DNA of 63,025 nt, filler included, from Basidiobolus meristosporus CBS 931.73 (taxonomy: Eukaryota; Fungi; Basidiobolomycota): assembly GCA_002104905.1 (NCBI GenBank). It is 3 parts of 3 records of this genome, joined end to end, with 100 filler letters (N's around TTAATTAATTAA, not from the genome) between each part and the next. Parts side by side here need not be neighbours in the genome. Positions count along the whole stretch, not along the records: positions 1 to 24,635 come from MCFE01000945.1; 2 more parts are not named here. One strand, given 5' to 3'. The position numbers and the translations under genes were made by a program. Positions 1 through 11,340 of the stretch are shown piece by piece; position 1 is the first letter of the stretch; every line of letters begins with the position of its first letter. The notes beneath the pieces are model-generated. The model ran no database searches, had not been told where the DNA came from, and worked only from the letters and a program-made list of their open reading frames with translations.

Positions 1-19
1 CTCCAGACACATTTCTCTC

Positions 20-860
20 AGTGGATGTCTTCTTGTATGAACATACTGTGCATTAATAAGTATCTCAACTATTTTACCTATTCTGCTGTTTTCTCCTATA
101 TATGACTTTCCTCTGTATTTACCTGCCAATATGCTGAATCTCTTCAGATACTCAAATGTGTGCTCTACCCTCACTCTGAAATGATTTAATATCTCATTGT
201 AGAGCTTCTGCTTCCTGCTAAGCACCCCATTCCTTGGCTTCCTATAAGCTGTAATGCATCCTAATCTCTGACAATCCTCTCCTATATAGGCTAGGTCTGC
301 CATATATTTCTCCCCTCTACTGAATTCAGGATGATTCTCTACCCAGAGTGCTTTGTCATGCCTACTTCCAGCAAATGGCCCACTAAACCAGATGATGTTA
401 CCCTCAATGTCAGACAGTGCTTGAAGCTTCACACAGTGTGCCTTGTACTAGCCAGAATAAAAGTGCCTCTGCCCTCTAGAAGGTCTGTTAATCCTCACTG
501 GGAAGGTATCCAAAATACTCCTGATATGGAACATGTTGCTGAATACTCTGGGATATGGAAGTCTATTGGAGCTTCTGAACCTAGTAATCCAAGCTTGCTC
601 TAAGTCATTCATACCCTCTGCAAGGTAGTTCTCCACTGCTGTCAGCTGGGAATGAAAGCTTCTAGGACTTTTGTTGCCATGGATGGTGGGATGAAAACTT
701 GTAGGGCAATAGTTCTTGTAATAGCAGAGAAGCTTAACAAGGGATCTCATTGAGTAGATTGGGGTTGATGGTCCACAGTACTTGGAATAGATCTCCTCTA
801 GTGCGTCAAAAGGAAATCCAGTGGTAGTGATGGGATTGATGAGAAAAGACCATTCAGATG
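20..860 (-). pseudogene. IS5-like (ISL2EU / PIF-Harbinger group, DDE_Tnp_4) transposase relic
   Basis: Reading through the TAG at 448-450 gives ...SILDTFPVRINRP..QRHFYSG*YKAHCVKLQALSD.EGNIIWFSGPFAGSRHD...YMADLAYIG...YNEILNHFRVRVEHTFEYLKRFSIL. This carries the D(TFP), D(LAY) and E(HTF) catalytic motifs of DDE_Tnp_4. Further stops occur near the window start. Confidence 0.85.
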
Positions 861-1580
861 AATAAGTCGTATTAAAATTGGTGGATGATTGTATGGAGGC
901 GGTCTGAATTGATTTGGTGCAATTGGCCTTATTTATCTGATTTTTAATACATTATGGTTAAATCTCCATCAATTGCCATGTATCCCATCATTATGTTGCA
1001 AAAATCATCCGCAAACAATGCCTTGGTACTTATATGGATGCTTTAATGATAGGTCTATAATCAAATAGGAAATCTGCAATTGATGTGATCTGATCCGTGT
1101 CAATGCAATCCAAGATGCATCATGCATAATATATGGAAAATTCAACAATCACATTGATTTTCATATATATTGCATATAAGACCAGGTTGATGCCAATATA
1201 CTGCTGTATAAGTATCCAAATTTGTTGCTATGGTCCCCATACCAAGCCTCAACTCATCTTTAGTAAAACCCATCCCCCAGCTCACAAACAAGGTCTGGAC
1301 CGGAAAAGTCAATGTTGGATCTGTTTGAGTTCTTGCCAAATGATTTTAGTGCGGCCCAAGTGTCTATGATGAGCCTTCATACAGATATTTGGGCACTACT
1401 GATTAATCTAGCAGAACTAGATACCTCAGAGAGTTGACAAAGATGGAAGAATCTGAGTAGAAAGCTGTGGCATGAGTTCTACATCAAGATGCCAGCCAAT
1501 GTATGTAAGCAAGTATATAACAAGACAAGTATTGAAATCAAGAATGAGCTGAGAGTGAGGAGATCTGACAAAGAAGCCGC

Positions 1581-2650
1581 TGTGGTGGTGTATAAGTCCA
1601 AGGGGGAGATACGTCCAGCACGTCTCAAGTGTTTTGTGTGTGGGGTGTTTACTGGGTGCAATAACCTCTGGCAAAAGCTTGCTAGGAATGCTGGGTATTT
1701 TGTCTAATCTAATGTGAAGGGGGATAAAGCCTCAAGCTTGTCAAGGGAAAATTATCAAACTACAATCCCCAACTTAGTTGGCATCTTAACAAAAGTTTAT
1801 AATGGCTTTGACATCCTTTGAGATGACAATGTACTAAAGCTTCCAAAGACAAAACAACTGTAAACTCCACCAGCAGGGACTTGATAAGAATGCAGCTGTG
1901 GTGAATAGTTACAAAGATGGAAAAGTATCTTTGCCTGTACAAGAACAAACTTGGGAAAGAATCAAATAAAATAAAAGATACCTACTCTGAGTATTCCTCA
2001 CAAGTAGTGCCTCCAAGGTCAGTTGGCTGTCAGCACAGCTTCCTGGGAGTGTCCTGTGGTCTGGGGTGGGAAGTTCAGGTAGCAGCAGGTAGCAGTGATC
2101 ACTCTAATCAACAAGTTGGTATATTGATAAAAGGGATGATGATTTATTGTTGAGGGATAGCCTCCCTTATATACTTTTCTTACTGGCTAAGTGATTACTA
2201 ATCAGGGTGTTCCAGAAGGTTCCGGATAACAATAGAAATCTTAATGACATCAGAATGACCTAAGAATGTTCTAAGTAGGTGCCGGAAGGTTCTAAGAGGC
2301 ACAGCACATCCAACCAATCAGGAATCAGTATTCTGAAACCTGTGTAACATGGTGATACCATAAATGGCATGGAAATGGTGGGGATTGTGGCTTGGGTTGA
2401 TCATGTGTCACGGGTACTGGCGCAGGTACTTGCCTAATATAGAAGTACTTATAGCTAGTATTCTTACATAAAGTGAGGGGTAACTTATGCAATAAGGTAA
2501 GCAGGTGTGATACTCAACTGGCTTATGGGATAGTAATGATTGGGTAAGACAAATGGGATAAAACTAATATAAGTGTAGTAGAGATATAGTGAGGTAGAAA
2601 ATAAGGGAATGAGCACATCTGTCAGTGGGTGTCACTGTCACCCCACTACA
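1581..2650 (-). mobile_element. Solo LTR, family A (~1.07 kb)
   Basis: On the minus strand it starts TGTAGTGGGG and ends CACCACCACA, with a TATA (GTATATAAGGGAGG) and an AATAAA. Flanks ccgc/ccac fit a 4-bp TSD with one CpG-type change. Homologous segments lie at 8174-8890, ~14400-15978, 24803-25560 and 33048-33515. Confidence 0.7.
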
Positions 2651-2934
2651 CCACGCAGGAACAATTTTGCGCGCAATTTGCACAGTGTTGGCCAGATGCA
2701 TCTGTTTGTGCCTCAACTTTGGGAACCAAAGAGATTTTCAATGAGTTTTTGCCTCAAATGACTAATGTACTATGTAATATAATAGTACAGCTAAGTGGCT
2801 TCTAAGAGCAATATACACATGACTCATCCAGGCAACAGCTCCAAAGTATCAGACAGAGGGTAAGTGAAGACCTTGAGGAATCAGATGGTGAGCTTCAGGA
2901 GGAAGAATACAGACCGCAAGCAACATCATCCAGA

Positions 2935-3540
2935 TTGCGCCAGCACGCCTTGCTGGATTCCCTACCATCTCTTGCAACCACAGCACGCTGGCGCACGTCA
3001 GTTCAGACCACGCCATCACCCTTTACCAGAACGCCGCACATTGACTCAACACACGTTGACCCAACACACGCGCTTTGGAGCAAAACTACAAGAACTTGCC
3101 AAACTGCTCATTTAGACACAAGTCCATTGGAGCGGACTGAGTCGTGTCAACATACAGCATCACATCAAACTCAGCCAAGGGCCATCTCAATGCGTCAAGG
3201 CATGCCTGCGCGTGCTGTTTTACCTGACCATCAGCAAGTTACTTCTGGTGAACTGACTGATGATGACCAACATGAAGTGCCTCAACCACTGGAGCCCTTG
3301 GCAAGTAAAAGAACGCATCAGCGCATGGTACTACAGGCCGGTTCAGTTGGTTCAGTCGGAGCAATTCAGCATGGCCAAGCTGCAGCATTGCACTCATCAA
3401 CTAGGAGGCAAAATACTGACTACAAATACACAAGTAGGCAAGATGATAGTCAGCCAGGAAGTAGTATAGGTGTGCAAAGTGAGTCACTGCCAAATGCTTC
3501 AGTAGTAATCCCTGTGAGAAAAAAACCCAGGAGAAGATGA
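2935..3540 (+). CDS. Putative accessory ORF of the CACTA element (S/T/Q-rich, C-terminal basic NLS-like RKKPRRR)
   Basis: 201-aa open frame upstream of the transposase. Its 3' end is also present in copy 2 (~11110-11180, minus strand). No recognisable domain. Confidence 0.4.
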   Translation: MRQHALLDSLPSLATTARWRTSVQTTPSPFTRTPHIDSTHVDPTHALWSKTTRTCQTAHLDTSPLERTESCQHTASHQTQPRAISMRQGMPARAVLPDHQQVTSGELTDDDQHEVPQPLEPLASKRTHQRMVLQAGSVGSVGAIQHGQAAALHSSTRRQNTDYKYTSRQDDSQPGSSIGVQSESLPNASVVIPVRKKPRRR

Positions 3541-4222
3541 TGCAATTGCTTTGAATTGTTCAAATTTGTAATGATCCCAACAATCCATTTTTTTTGCAAT
3601 CTGAATCAAACCATTGCAAATCAGTGATCATCAAATTTTTAATATAAGTAATATCAAGGTCATCTCACATTTGAGACAGAACCCCTATAAATAAACACCC
3701 TGCATATATATACGTCATCAGTAATACCAGTGCAGCTATTGGATCTGCTTTGCACCTACTCAATTGCCTGCATGCTAGCTATGACACCTTGTCCAATCAC
3801 TAGGATCAGGGGTTTACTTGCTCAATGGGCAAAATGGGATATTTGATGGCCAATCAGGTAGCTTTTTTAGTAGTCAATGAGCCAATTGGGGGCTGCCAGT
3901 TTCTGGATACTTCTGGACCAATTAACCACAGAGATACCATCCAATTGGAGTGAGGGTAACCAAAATGGTAAGTATCAGTGTATTTATAGTGTGATACAAA
4001 TTTGTTTCCATTTACATTAAAGAAACATATCCAAATACCGGATTTTACCGGCCATAATAGCAGTATCCAATTGTGCACGTGATGCAAACATTACAAGTTG
4101 GCGCAATCATCCGTGCCAACCTCATTGTGTCAGATTGTGCCATAGTGTGCAAGATTGTCCCTCATAGTGCTAAATTGTCCAAGAACAATCCTGCCTTCTG
4201 GTAGCTATAATATTGCGCCCAA

Positions 4223-6339
4223 TTGTTCTTTACAACCACGGATTGCGCCGCATGCCTTGGCATGGTACAATGGAACAAGTCTATTGCCAAAATCATTCCG
4301 GGATGCAACTTACCATGTACATGGTACAAGTGGACAACCATCATGTGGATGGTAACAAATGATCCAGCAACTGTCCTGATTCCAGCATGTGTTAACAGTT
4401 GCATGGCATTCACATCCAAAAATGCTACCATTGCAACATGTCCAAATTGTCTGGAATCCACCACCATTGAGGGCAAATATTGTACACTCTCCAGATATTT
4501 TCCGGTCATACCCTGTCTGAGGAAGCTGATACAGTCTGACAAATATTGCAAAGCTATACAGTACTGCACTCAGCCACAATCAAGTGCAAACATATCTAAT
4601 ATATTTGATGGCAAACATTACAAACAGCTAAGAAGCAAGGGCTACTAAGAAGGTATATATGACCATGCCTTTGCTTTAGCACTTGATGGATTCCCATTGA
4701 GCAAGTACTCTACCAGCCAATCCTGCTGGCCACTGATTCTCATTAATCTGAATCTGCCACCCATCTTACAGTATCAGAGTAATAATCTGATGATAGTTTC
4801 ACAGGTATCTGGGCCTAAATCACTGTTGAACCTGGATAGCTACCTGTATACACTGCTAGATGTATTTTGTATGCTTTCCAGCAGGATAATGGTATATGGC
4901 CATCATGTAAAAGCACATATTATTATCTGCATTGGAGATACCCTAGCCATCAGCAAGATAGCAGGTTTTCTGGGCACAATGGATGGTTGTGCTGTCAAAT
5001 GTGTGAGATCCAGGGGATTTACTCTATAATTCACACACAATATTATTACCTAAACACCAGCACTAAGAACATCTTCTTTCTGCAGAGAGAACATACAGAA
5101 GTAAGCATGCAATTGCAGCAAAGTTGGCAAGCCATAAGCCATTGGCCAGAATATGGAATCAATTGGAAGCCAGAGAAACCTAAAACAGAGGGTATCTGCT
5201 GGTGCAAAAGATTTCCACTGGGGGCAATGCATTTGCTTTTCAACAATATCCCTATACTGATGACCAAGTTGTACATGGGGCATTTCAAGCTAAATGAGCC
5301 CTTTGAGATACCGGAGAAATTTGAAAGAGTTGGCAAGATATTACAGAGTATCCACTACCTTAAGTACTTCCCAAAGGCTCTAATTAGTATTCATATGCAT
5401 ATGCAACAATACAAATGCAAAGATTGGATGAACTGGATATGTATTTATTCAAGTGGTGTTCTGGAGCCATTCCTACCAAGAGTACATTGAAGCATTGGGA
5501 GTCATATGTGGACATTATAGGAATATTTATCCAGAAGCAGATCACCAATGCCAACTTGATGCATTTACAGCTTCTGTGCAAAGAGTTTGCAACAGGATAT
5601 GAGAGGCTGTACTACAAATATAAAGTTGTGTGAGGAGTTGTAACAGGACTTGAGCGGCTGTACTACAATCATCAAGCTGAACATGTAGATCTCTGCCACT
5701 ACTGTACCCATTCTCTACTCCATCTTGCATGGTGTATAGAGAATATTGGGCCTTGCTTCACCTTTTGGGAGTTTCCTATGGAACAGATGTGTGGGGAGAT
5801 AGGAAGATGAGCCAAGTTGCAGGTACTACTATATTCCAATTTCATCAAGATTATTACCTTCAAGTTCGCCATGGACATGATGAGTTGGCACATGGAGGAC
5901 AGCCAGAAAGAGTTGGAAAATACTGAGGGCAAATGTGCACATGGAGACATCTATGCCTGTGGCATTCAGAAGCTAAGCAGCCCCAATGTGTGGGTAATTA
6001 GTTAAGTAATGGAAAGTTGGGTTGGGTGCAACAAGCAACTAATTTCTATCAGGAAAACTCCACCAAGATATGCCAGATTTCTCATGGTCACAAGCCAACC
6101 TCTACACCATTCAATACAGAATTCACACAAACAAAAGCAAGAGCACACCTATAAGGTGGACTAGAATCCAGCAGGGAGAAGGAACATATTGGCTAAATAC
6201 CAAGAAGTTCTTTGTGGATATTCAGGAGGTATTCATGACAGAAGTGGCAACAACCAAGCATATGTTTGCAAGATGTATATGTTACCAGCAGTACAAGGTA
6301 AATGGCAACTTTGCAAGCATCACACTAAAAAGCCATTAA
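4223..6339 (+). pseudogene. CACTA (Transposase_21/Tnp2 family) transposase pseudogene
   Basis: Fragments VNSCMAFT..CPNC, NIFDGKHY, ALALDGFP, SCWPLILINLNLPP, SGP..LDSYL, GDTLAISKIAGFLG, LGAMHLLFNNIP and GPCFTFWEFPMEQ are separated by stops and frameshifts. Confidence 0.9.
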
Positions 6340-6949
6340 AGTTGAGGTGATAGAAGTATGTCAATTGCAGAAGGTGTGGGTTTTAAAGAGGTTAGTAAGC
6401 AGGAGGCCATAGTTTTTTTTGATTGGAACTATATGTGGAATACACAAGGTAGTAGTGGGTAGGCAAATAAATAAAGGTGATTCTACAGTGGAATACATGA
6501 ATTGCACAAGGGGAGGTCAAAAAAGGAAATACCACTTGGTAAATTGGTATGGTAGAGTTATACAGAACCAGTGGTAGACCATCATGCTGCCAATATGATG
6601 CCATCAGAGTCTTGCTGTGAGGCTTTCAAAATACTGTCATGTTTCCTGCCATATAAGGCAATTGGACATCCTGGCCAATGGATTTACTTAAAATAGCTAC
6701 AGAGTGCTAAAAGACCACTACAATACCATGCAAATATTGTTACACCACCAATAGAATATTGTCAAGCTTTATCTGTTTATTTGGCTGTAAATTTAGCAAA
6801 ACACCGTCATGATCTTGTTATATGCTTGTTAGGAGGGCCACTAAATCCAAGCTGCTGTTATTATGACAGTCTCTAAACTGGATCTTGATGGCTGATTTGG
6901 ATTGGATCCACCTGTGGGACCAAATTATTTTTCATAGGGTAAAAATTGG

Positions 6950-7330
6950 TGTTGTACTCATCAAATTGATGTAAAAGCTCCAGTTTTGCATGGGGAACAC
7001 AAGTGAAGATGTGTACCTGGACCAGCCTGATGGGTTTGTTGCCCAAGATAACCCCATTTAGTCTGTATGCTTTACAAATCTCTTCATGGTCTCAAACAAT
7101 TGCCATGAGCCTTGAATTCTAAGATGGATTCTTATTTGGAATCTTTGAGCCTGCAAAGTAGTACTTCTGACTCTAGCTTTAACTATAGAGAGCAAATACA
7201 GCTCTATTAGCACTCTGAATACATATTCTTATTAAAGCCACCAATAATCAATAATTCTTGGAAGAGACTATATCCAGTCCATATACGGTGCTCAGTATGT
7301 CCAATCCAGAAGAACTCAGTTACTACTTTG
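6950..7330 (+). pseudogene. Ty1/Copia reverse transcriptase fragment
   Basis: Degenerate QIDVKA..LHG..EDVYLDQPDGFV...KSLHGLKQ motifs. Confidence 0.75.
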
Positions 7331-7364
7331 GGATATGTTATATTATATTCTGATTAGTGTGGAG

Positions 7365-7625
7365 TCTGCTCTACAATGCAGAGGCTAGTCAATATTATAT
7401 AACAACTTCCAGTATTCAATTACTGAGTTAGTGTACTGGCAATTTGATATACCAACAGAAGTTTGACTTAACTTGTAGTTTAGTGTGGAGATTCTGGAAA
7501 GTGAGGCTCCCTTTATTTTCCAGCTGGGGAAGTCATATATATTGAAATTCTTAATGATCAAAGCTTTTGGGCAATTGCACAGGCAATAAATGTGGTACAA
7601 GGCTAAAATCTTGAGGTGGTGTATA
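7365..7625. repeat. Repeat family B, internally deleted and CpG-decayed copy
   Basis: Aligns to 16560-16660 joined to 17230-17390 and lacks the intervening ~570 bp. Confidence 0.7.
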
Positions 7626-7629
7626 TGAA

Positions 7630-10600
7630 TTGATATAACAAGCCAGTACATCCAATTGACTTATATGGCAAGAAACTTGATGGTGTTTTGATAGCCTCAT
7701 TGCAAGCCTCCAATGGCAGTATCTCAGTGGTATGGTGGCCTACAGGTAGTTTTGTAATATGCTACCACACCAGTTTACCAAATTGTGCTCTCTTTTTGTA
7801 CCTCCCCTTGCATAATTTCTATATTACACAGTAGAATTACCCCTCTTTATTTGTTAACCCACTACTGTCTTGTGTATTCCACATATAATTTGAATCAAAA
7901 GCAACTATGGCTTTCTGCTACTAACCTCTACAAATGCACACACCTGCTGCAATTGACATACTTCTAATACCTCAACTTTATGGCTTTTTAGTGTTATACT
8001 TGCAAAGTTGCAATATAACTTTGATTGCTGGTAATATAAGCATTTTGTAAGCATATGCTTGGTTGCCACCACTTCTGCAATGATTACCTCCTGAATATCT
8101 GCAAAGAGCCTTTTAGTATTTAGCCAATATATTCCTGCTTCTTGCAGGATTCTAGTCCCCCTTACAGGTTTGCTGTGGTAGGGTAAGCATACCTTACACA
8201 AGCAAGTTTATCCATAGAGCTATTGTGATGCACCTATCCATATTGTATCTTCTCAGTATTATCCCATTGTACTTTGTCTATATTATTAGTATTATACCAT
8301 AATGATGTTACTTCTGACTAGTTATTAGCATTAGATATTCATATGTTACTCAGCTTTGTGAGCAATACATGTATCTTTGTTAGGCAGGTACTCAAGTCTG
8401 TACATCTGACACATGATTGGTTAGATGTGCTGTCCCTTTTAGAACCTTCCAGGACCTTTTTGGAGTATGTTTAACTCATACAAATGTCATTAAGAGTCCC
8501 ACTGATACCTGGAATCTTATAGAACCTTGTCATCAGTAATTGCTTGGCAATCTTGAAAAGTATTTGAGGGAAGTCAGTCAGTCATCAATAAATAATCCCT
8601 TCTATCAGTAATACTACTCCCATATTGATCAGCAGTTGATCACTGCACCTACCTTCAACAATTATACCTCAGGCCTGCCATCAAGGAGCTTTAAAGGTAG
8701 CAAACAAGACACACAGAGGCCTTTGGAGAAACCTGGAGCACCTAGGAAGCTAGAGAAGCAGAAACTTTTACCATAGCAACATACAGACAAAGACACCAGC
8801 AGTTTAGACCTAGAGGTTATTGCACCCATCAGACACCTCACACACCTTGAGTTGTGTAGCTTCTCCTAGGAGTACCTCTACACCACCACAGTGCTCTGGC
8901 ACTTGTTTGTGTAAGTTCCATATTGGATAGTGTAGAGATTGGCTTGTGACCATGAGAGACCTGGTGTAGCTTAGTGTGGCTTTCCTTATCACAATTAGCT
9001 GCTTTTTCCATCAAACCCAACTTTGCATTACTTAACTTTTACCTATGGATTAGGGCTGCTTGGCTTCTTAATGCCATAGGTATGGGTGTCTCTATGTGCA
9101 CATCTGTCTTCAGTATTTTTCAACTCTCCCTGGCTGTCCTCCATATACCAACTCATCACATGCATGACAGACTTGAAGGTATAACTGGTAATGAGATTGG
9201 GATATGGTAGTACCTGCAACTTGACTTTTTATTCTATCTCCCTGCACATCCACTTCACAGGAAACTTCAAAAGATGAAGCAAGGCCCAATATTTTTCACA
9301 CACCTAGCATGAGAGAGTTGCAAATGGATACAGTAGCAGCATACATGTTCAGCTTTATATTTGTAGTACAGCCTCTCATATCCTGTTGCAAACTCTTTGC
9401 ACAGAAGCTGTAGATGTGTCAAGTTGGCATTGGTGATCTGCTTCTGGATTAATACTCCTACTATGTCCGCATTTGACTCCCAATACTTGCAATGTACTCT
9501 TAGTAGAAATGGTATCAGAAAGCCACTTGAGTAAATAAGTATCTAGTTCATCCAGTCCTTTCACTTATAGTGTTGTATATGCAGATGAATATTGATTGGA
9601 GCCTGTGAGAAGTACTTGGGGTAGCAGATACTCTTCAATATCTTGCCAATTCTTTCAAATTTCTGTGGTATCTAGAAGGACTCATCTATCTTAAAATGCC
9701 CCATGTAAAATGTGGTCATTAGTATAAGTATATTTTTCAAAAGCCAATGCATTGATCCCAATTCAGAGCTTTTGCTCTGACAGATACCCTCTGTTCCAAG
9801 TATCTCCAATTTCCATTTAATTCTATATCCTGGCCAATGGCTTATAGCTTGCCAGCTTTTCTACAATTGCATGCTGACTTCTTTGAGTTTTCTCTGCACA
9901 AAAATGATGTTCTTAATGTAGGTGCTTGGGTAATAATAGTTTGCATGAGTGTGGAGAAAATCCCCTGGAACTCTCACATTTGAAAGCAATACCAACTAAT
10001 ATGCCCAGGAAAGCTAGCTATCTTATTGATGGCTGGGGTATCTCTGATGCAGATAATAATGTGTGCTTTTACATGATGGCTATCAACTATTATCCTGCTG
10101 GAAAGCATACAAAACTCATCTAGCAATGGATACAAGTGGCTATCCAGGTTGGATGGTAATTTAGGCCCAGATACAAGTGAGACAACCATGAGATTTCTGC
10201 CTGGCTACTGTAAGATAGGAGGCAGACTCAGTCTGTTGTGAGTTGGTGGTCAGCAGGATTTGCTGTTGAAGCACTTGTTTAATGAGAATCCATAAGTGCC
10301 AAGGCAAGCGCATGGCCATACATATCTTCAAATTAGCCCTTGCTTCTTAGCTTTTTATAATGTCTACCATCAAATCTATTGGATATGTTTGCACTTGATT
10401 AGTACTGCCTGTGGTGAGTTGCAGCTTCACAATATTTGCCAGACTGCATAGGCTATGTTAGACAGCTAGTTACTGAAAAATACTCAGAGTGTGAACAATG
10501 TCTTCCCCAAATAGTGGTGGATTCCTGAGAAGTTGGTCACCTTGAATGGTGGCATTTTCTGATGTGAATGCCATGCAACTGTTGACACATGTGAGTATCA

Positions 10601-11340
10601 GGATGGTCCCTGGGTCATAGGCTGCCAGCCACATGACAGTTGTCCATTTGTACCTTATAAATGGTATGTTGCATCCCAGGATGATTTGGTAAGATGTGGT
10701 ACTAAATCTAAAAGCCTGCATTACTGATATTAGTGGAAACCTGCTACCTCTCTAGCCTCATTACAATACCCTTTTGGTTTGACTCACTTCCATATTTATG
10801 CTGCAAGAAAACAGAGCAAAGTTGTCTGGTTCCCTACAAAATCCAACCACCAACAGTAGCAGAAGAGCAGTTGGACAACAGCTTGCTTTGACATTTGGTG
10901 CAACAAGCAGGGATATAACCAAAAAAGACAATGTTGACAGTGAGCAAACTGAAGGTAATAATGCAGACTCCTAAGGTTTTTGTAGAGTGTTTATGTATAG
11001 GGGTTCTCTCACAACATTGATTTTACTCATATCAACATTTAATGGTAACTGGTTTCCAATGGTCTAATCATGATTGCAAAAAAAATTAAGTTGCTTAAAT
11101 TCTGACAAATAATTGCAATTAAGTACAATTGAATCATCTTCTGGCTTCCTTTCTCACAGGAATTACTACTGAAACAATTGGCAGTGATCTATTTTGCACA
11201 ATAACCACTTACTTGTTCAGTATCATCTTGACAACCCCTATGAAAAATAATTTGATCCTGCAGGTGGATCCAATCAGTATCATCCCATCAGGAGACCGCT
11301 ATCATACAAGCAGCTTAGAATAAATGACAACCTATACAAT
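7630..11340 (-). mobile_element. CACTA/EnSpm transposon, copy 2 (decayed, interrupted by a solo LTR)
   Basis: Reverse-complement homologue of 3480-6700, including the CVNSCMAF, GP..LDSHL and KMKQGP-type segments. Confidence 0.8.
8174..8890 (+). mobile_element. Solo LTR related to family A, inserted in CACTA copy 2
   Basis: TGTGGTAGGG...CACCACCACA with flanks ttgc/gtgc (4-bp TSD, one mismatch). The empty site is visible in CACTA copy 3 (~11975-11990). Confidence 0.7.

Larger units (their letters stand above)
2651..6820 (+). mobile_element. CACTA/CMC-EnSpm DNA transposon, copy 1 (decayed; ends approximate)
   Basis: Contains a disrupted Transposase_21-type ORF and an upstream low-complexity ORF. 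The 3' non-coding tail (~6340-6820) is shared with the minus-strand copies at 7630-8170 and 11340-11800. No clean TIR was identified. Confidence 0.75.

Noticed and set aside
1489-2100. Apparent decayed zinc-finger ORF (KCFVCG...) antisense in the family-A LTR
   Set aside because: The frame crosses the LTR boundary at 1581, and the same stop codons are shared with the 15.4-16 kb copy, so there is no evidence of a formerly intact ORF.
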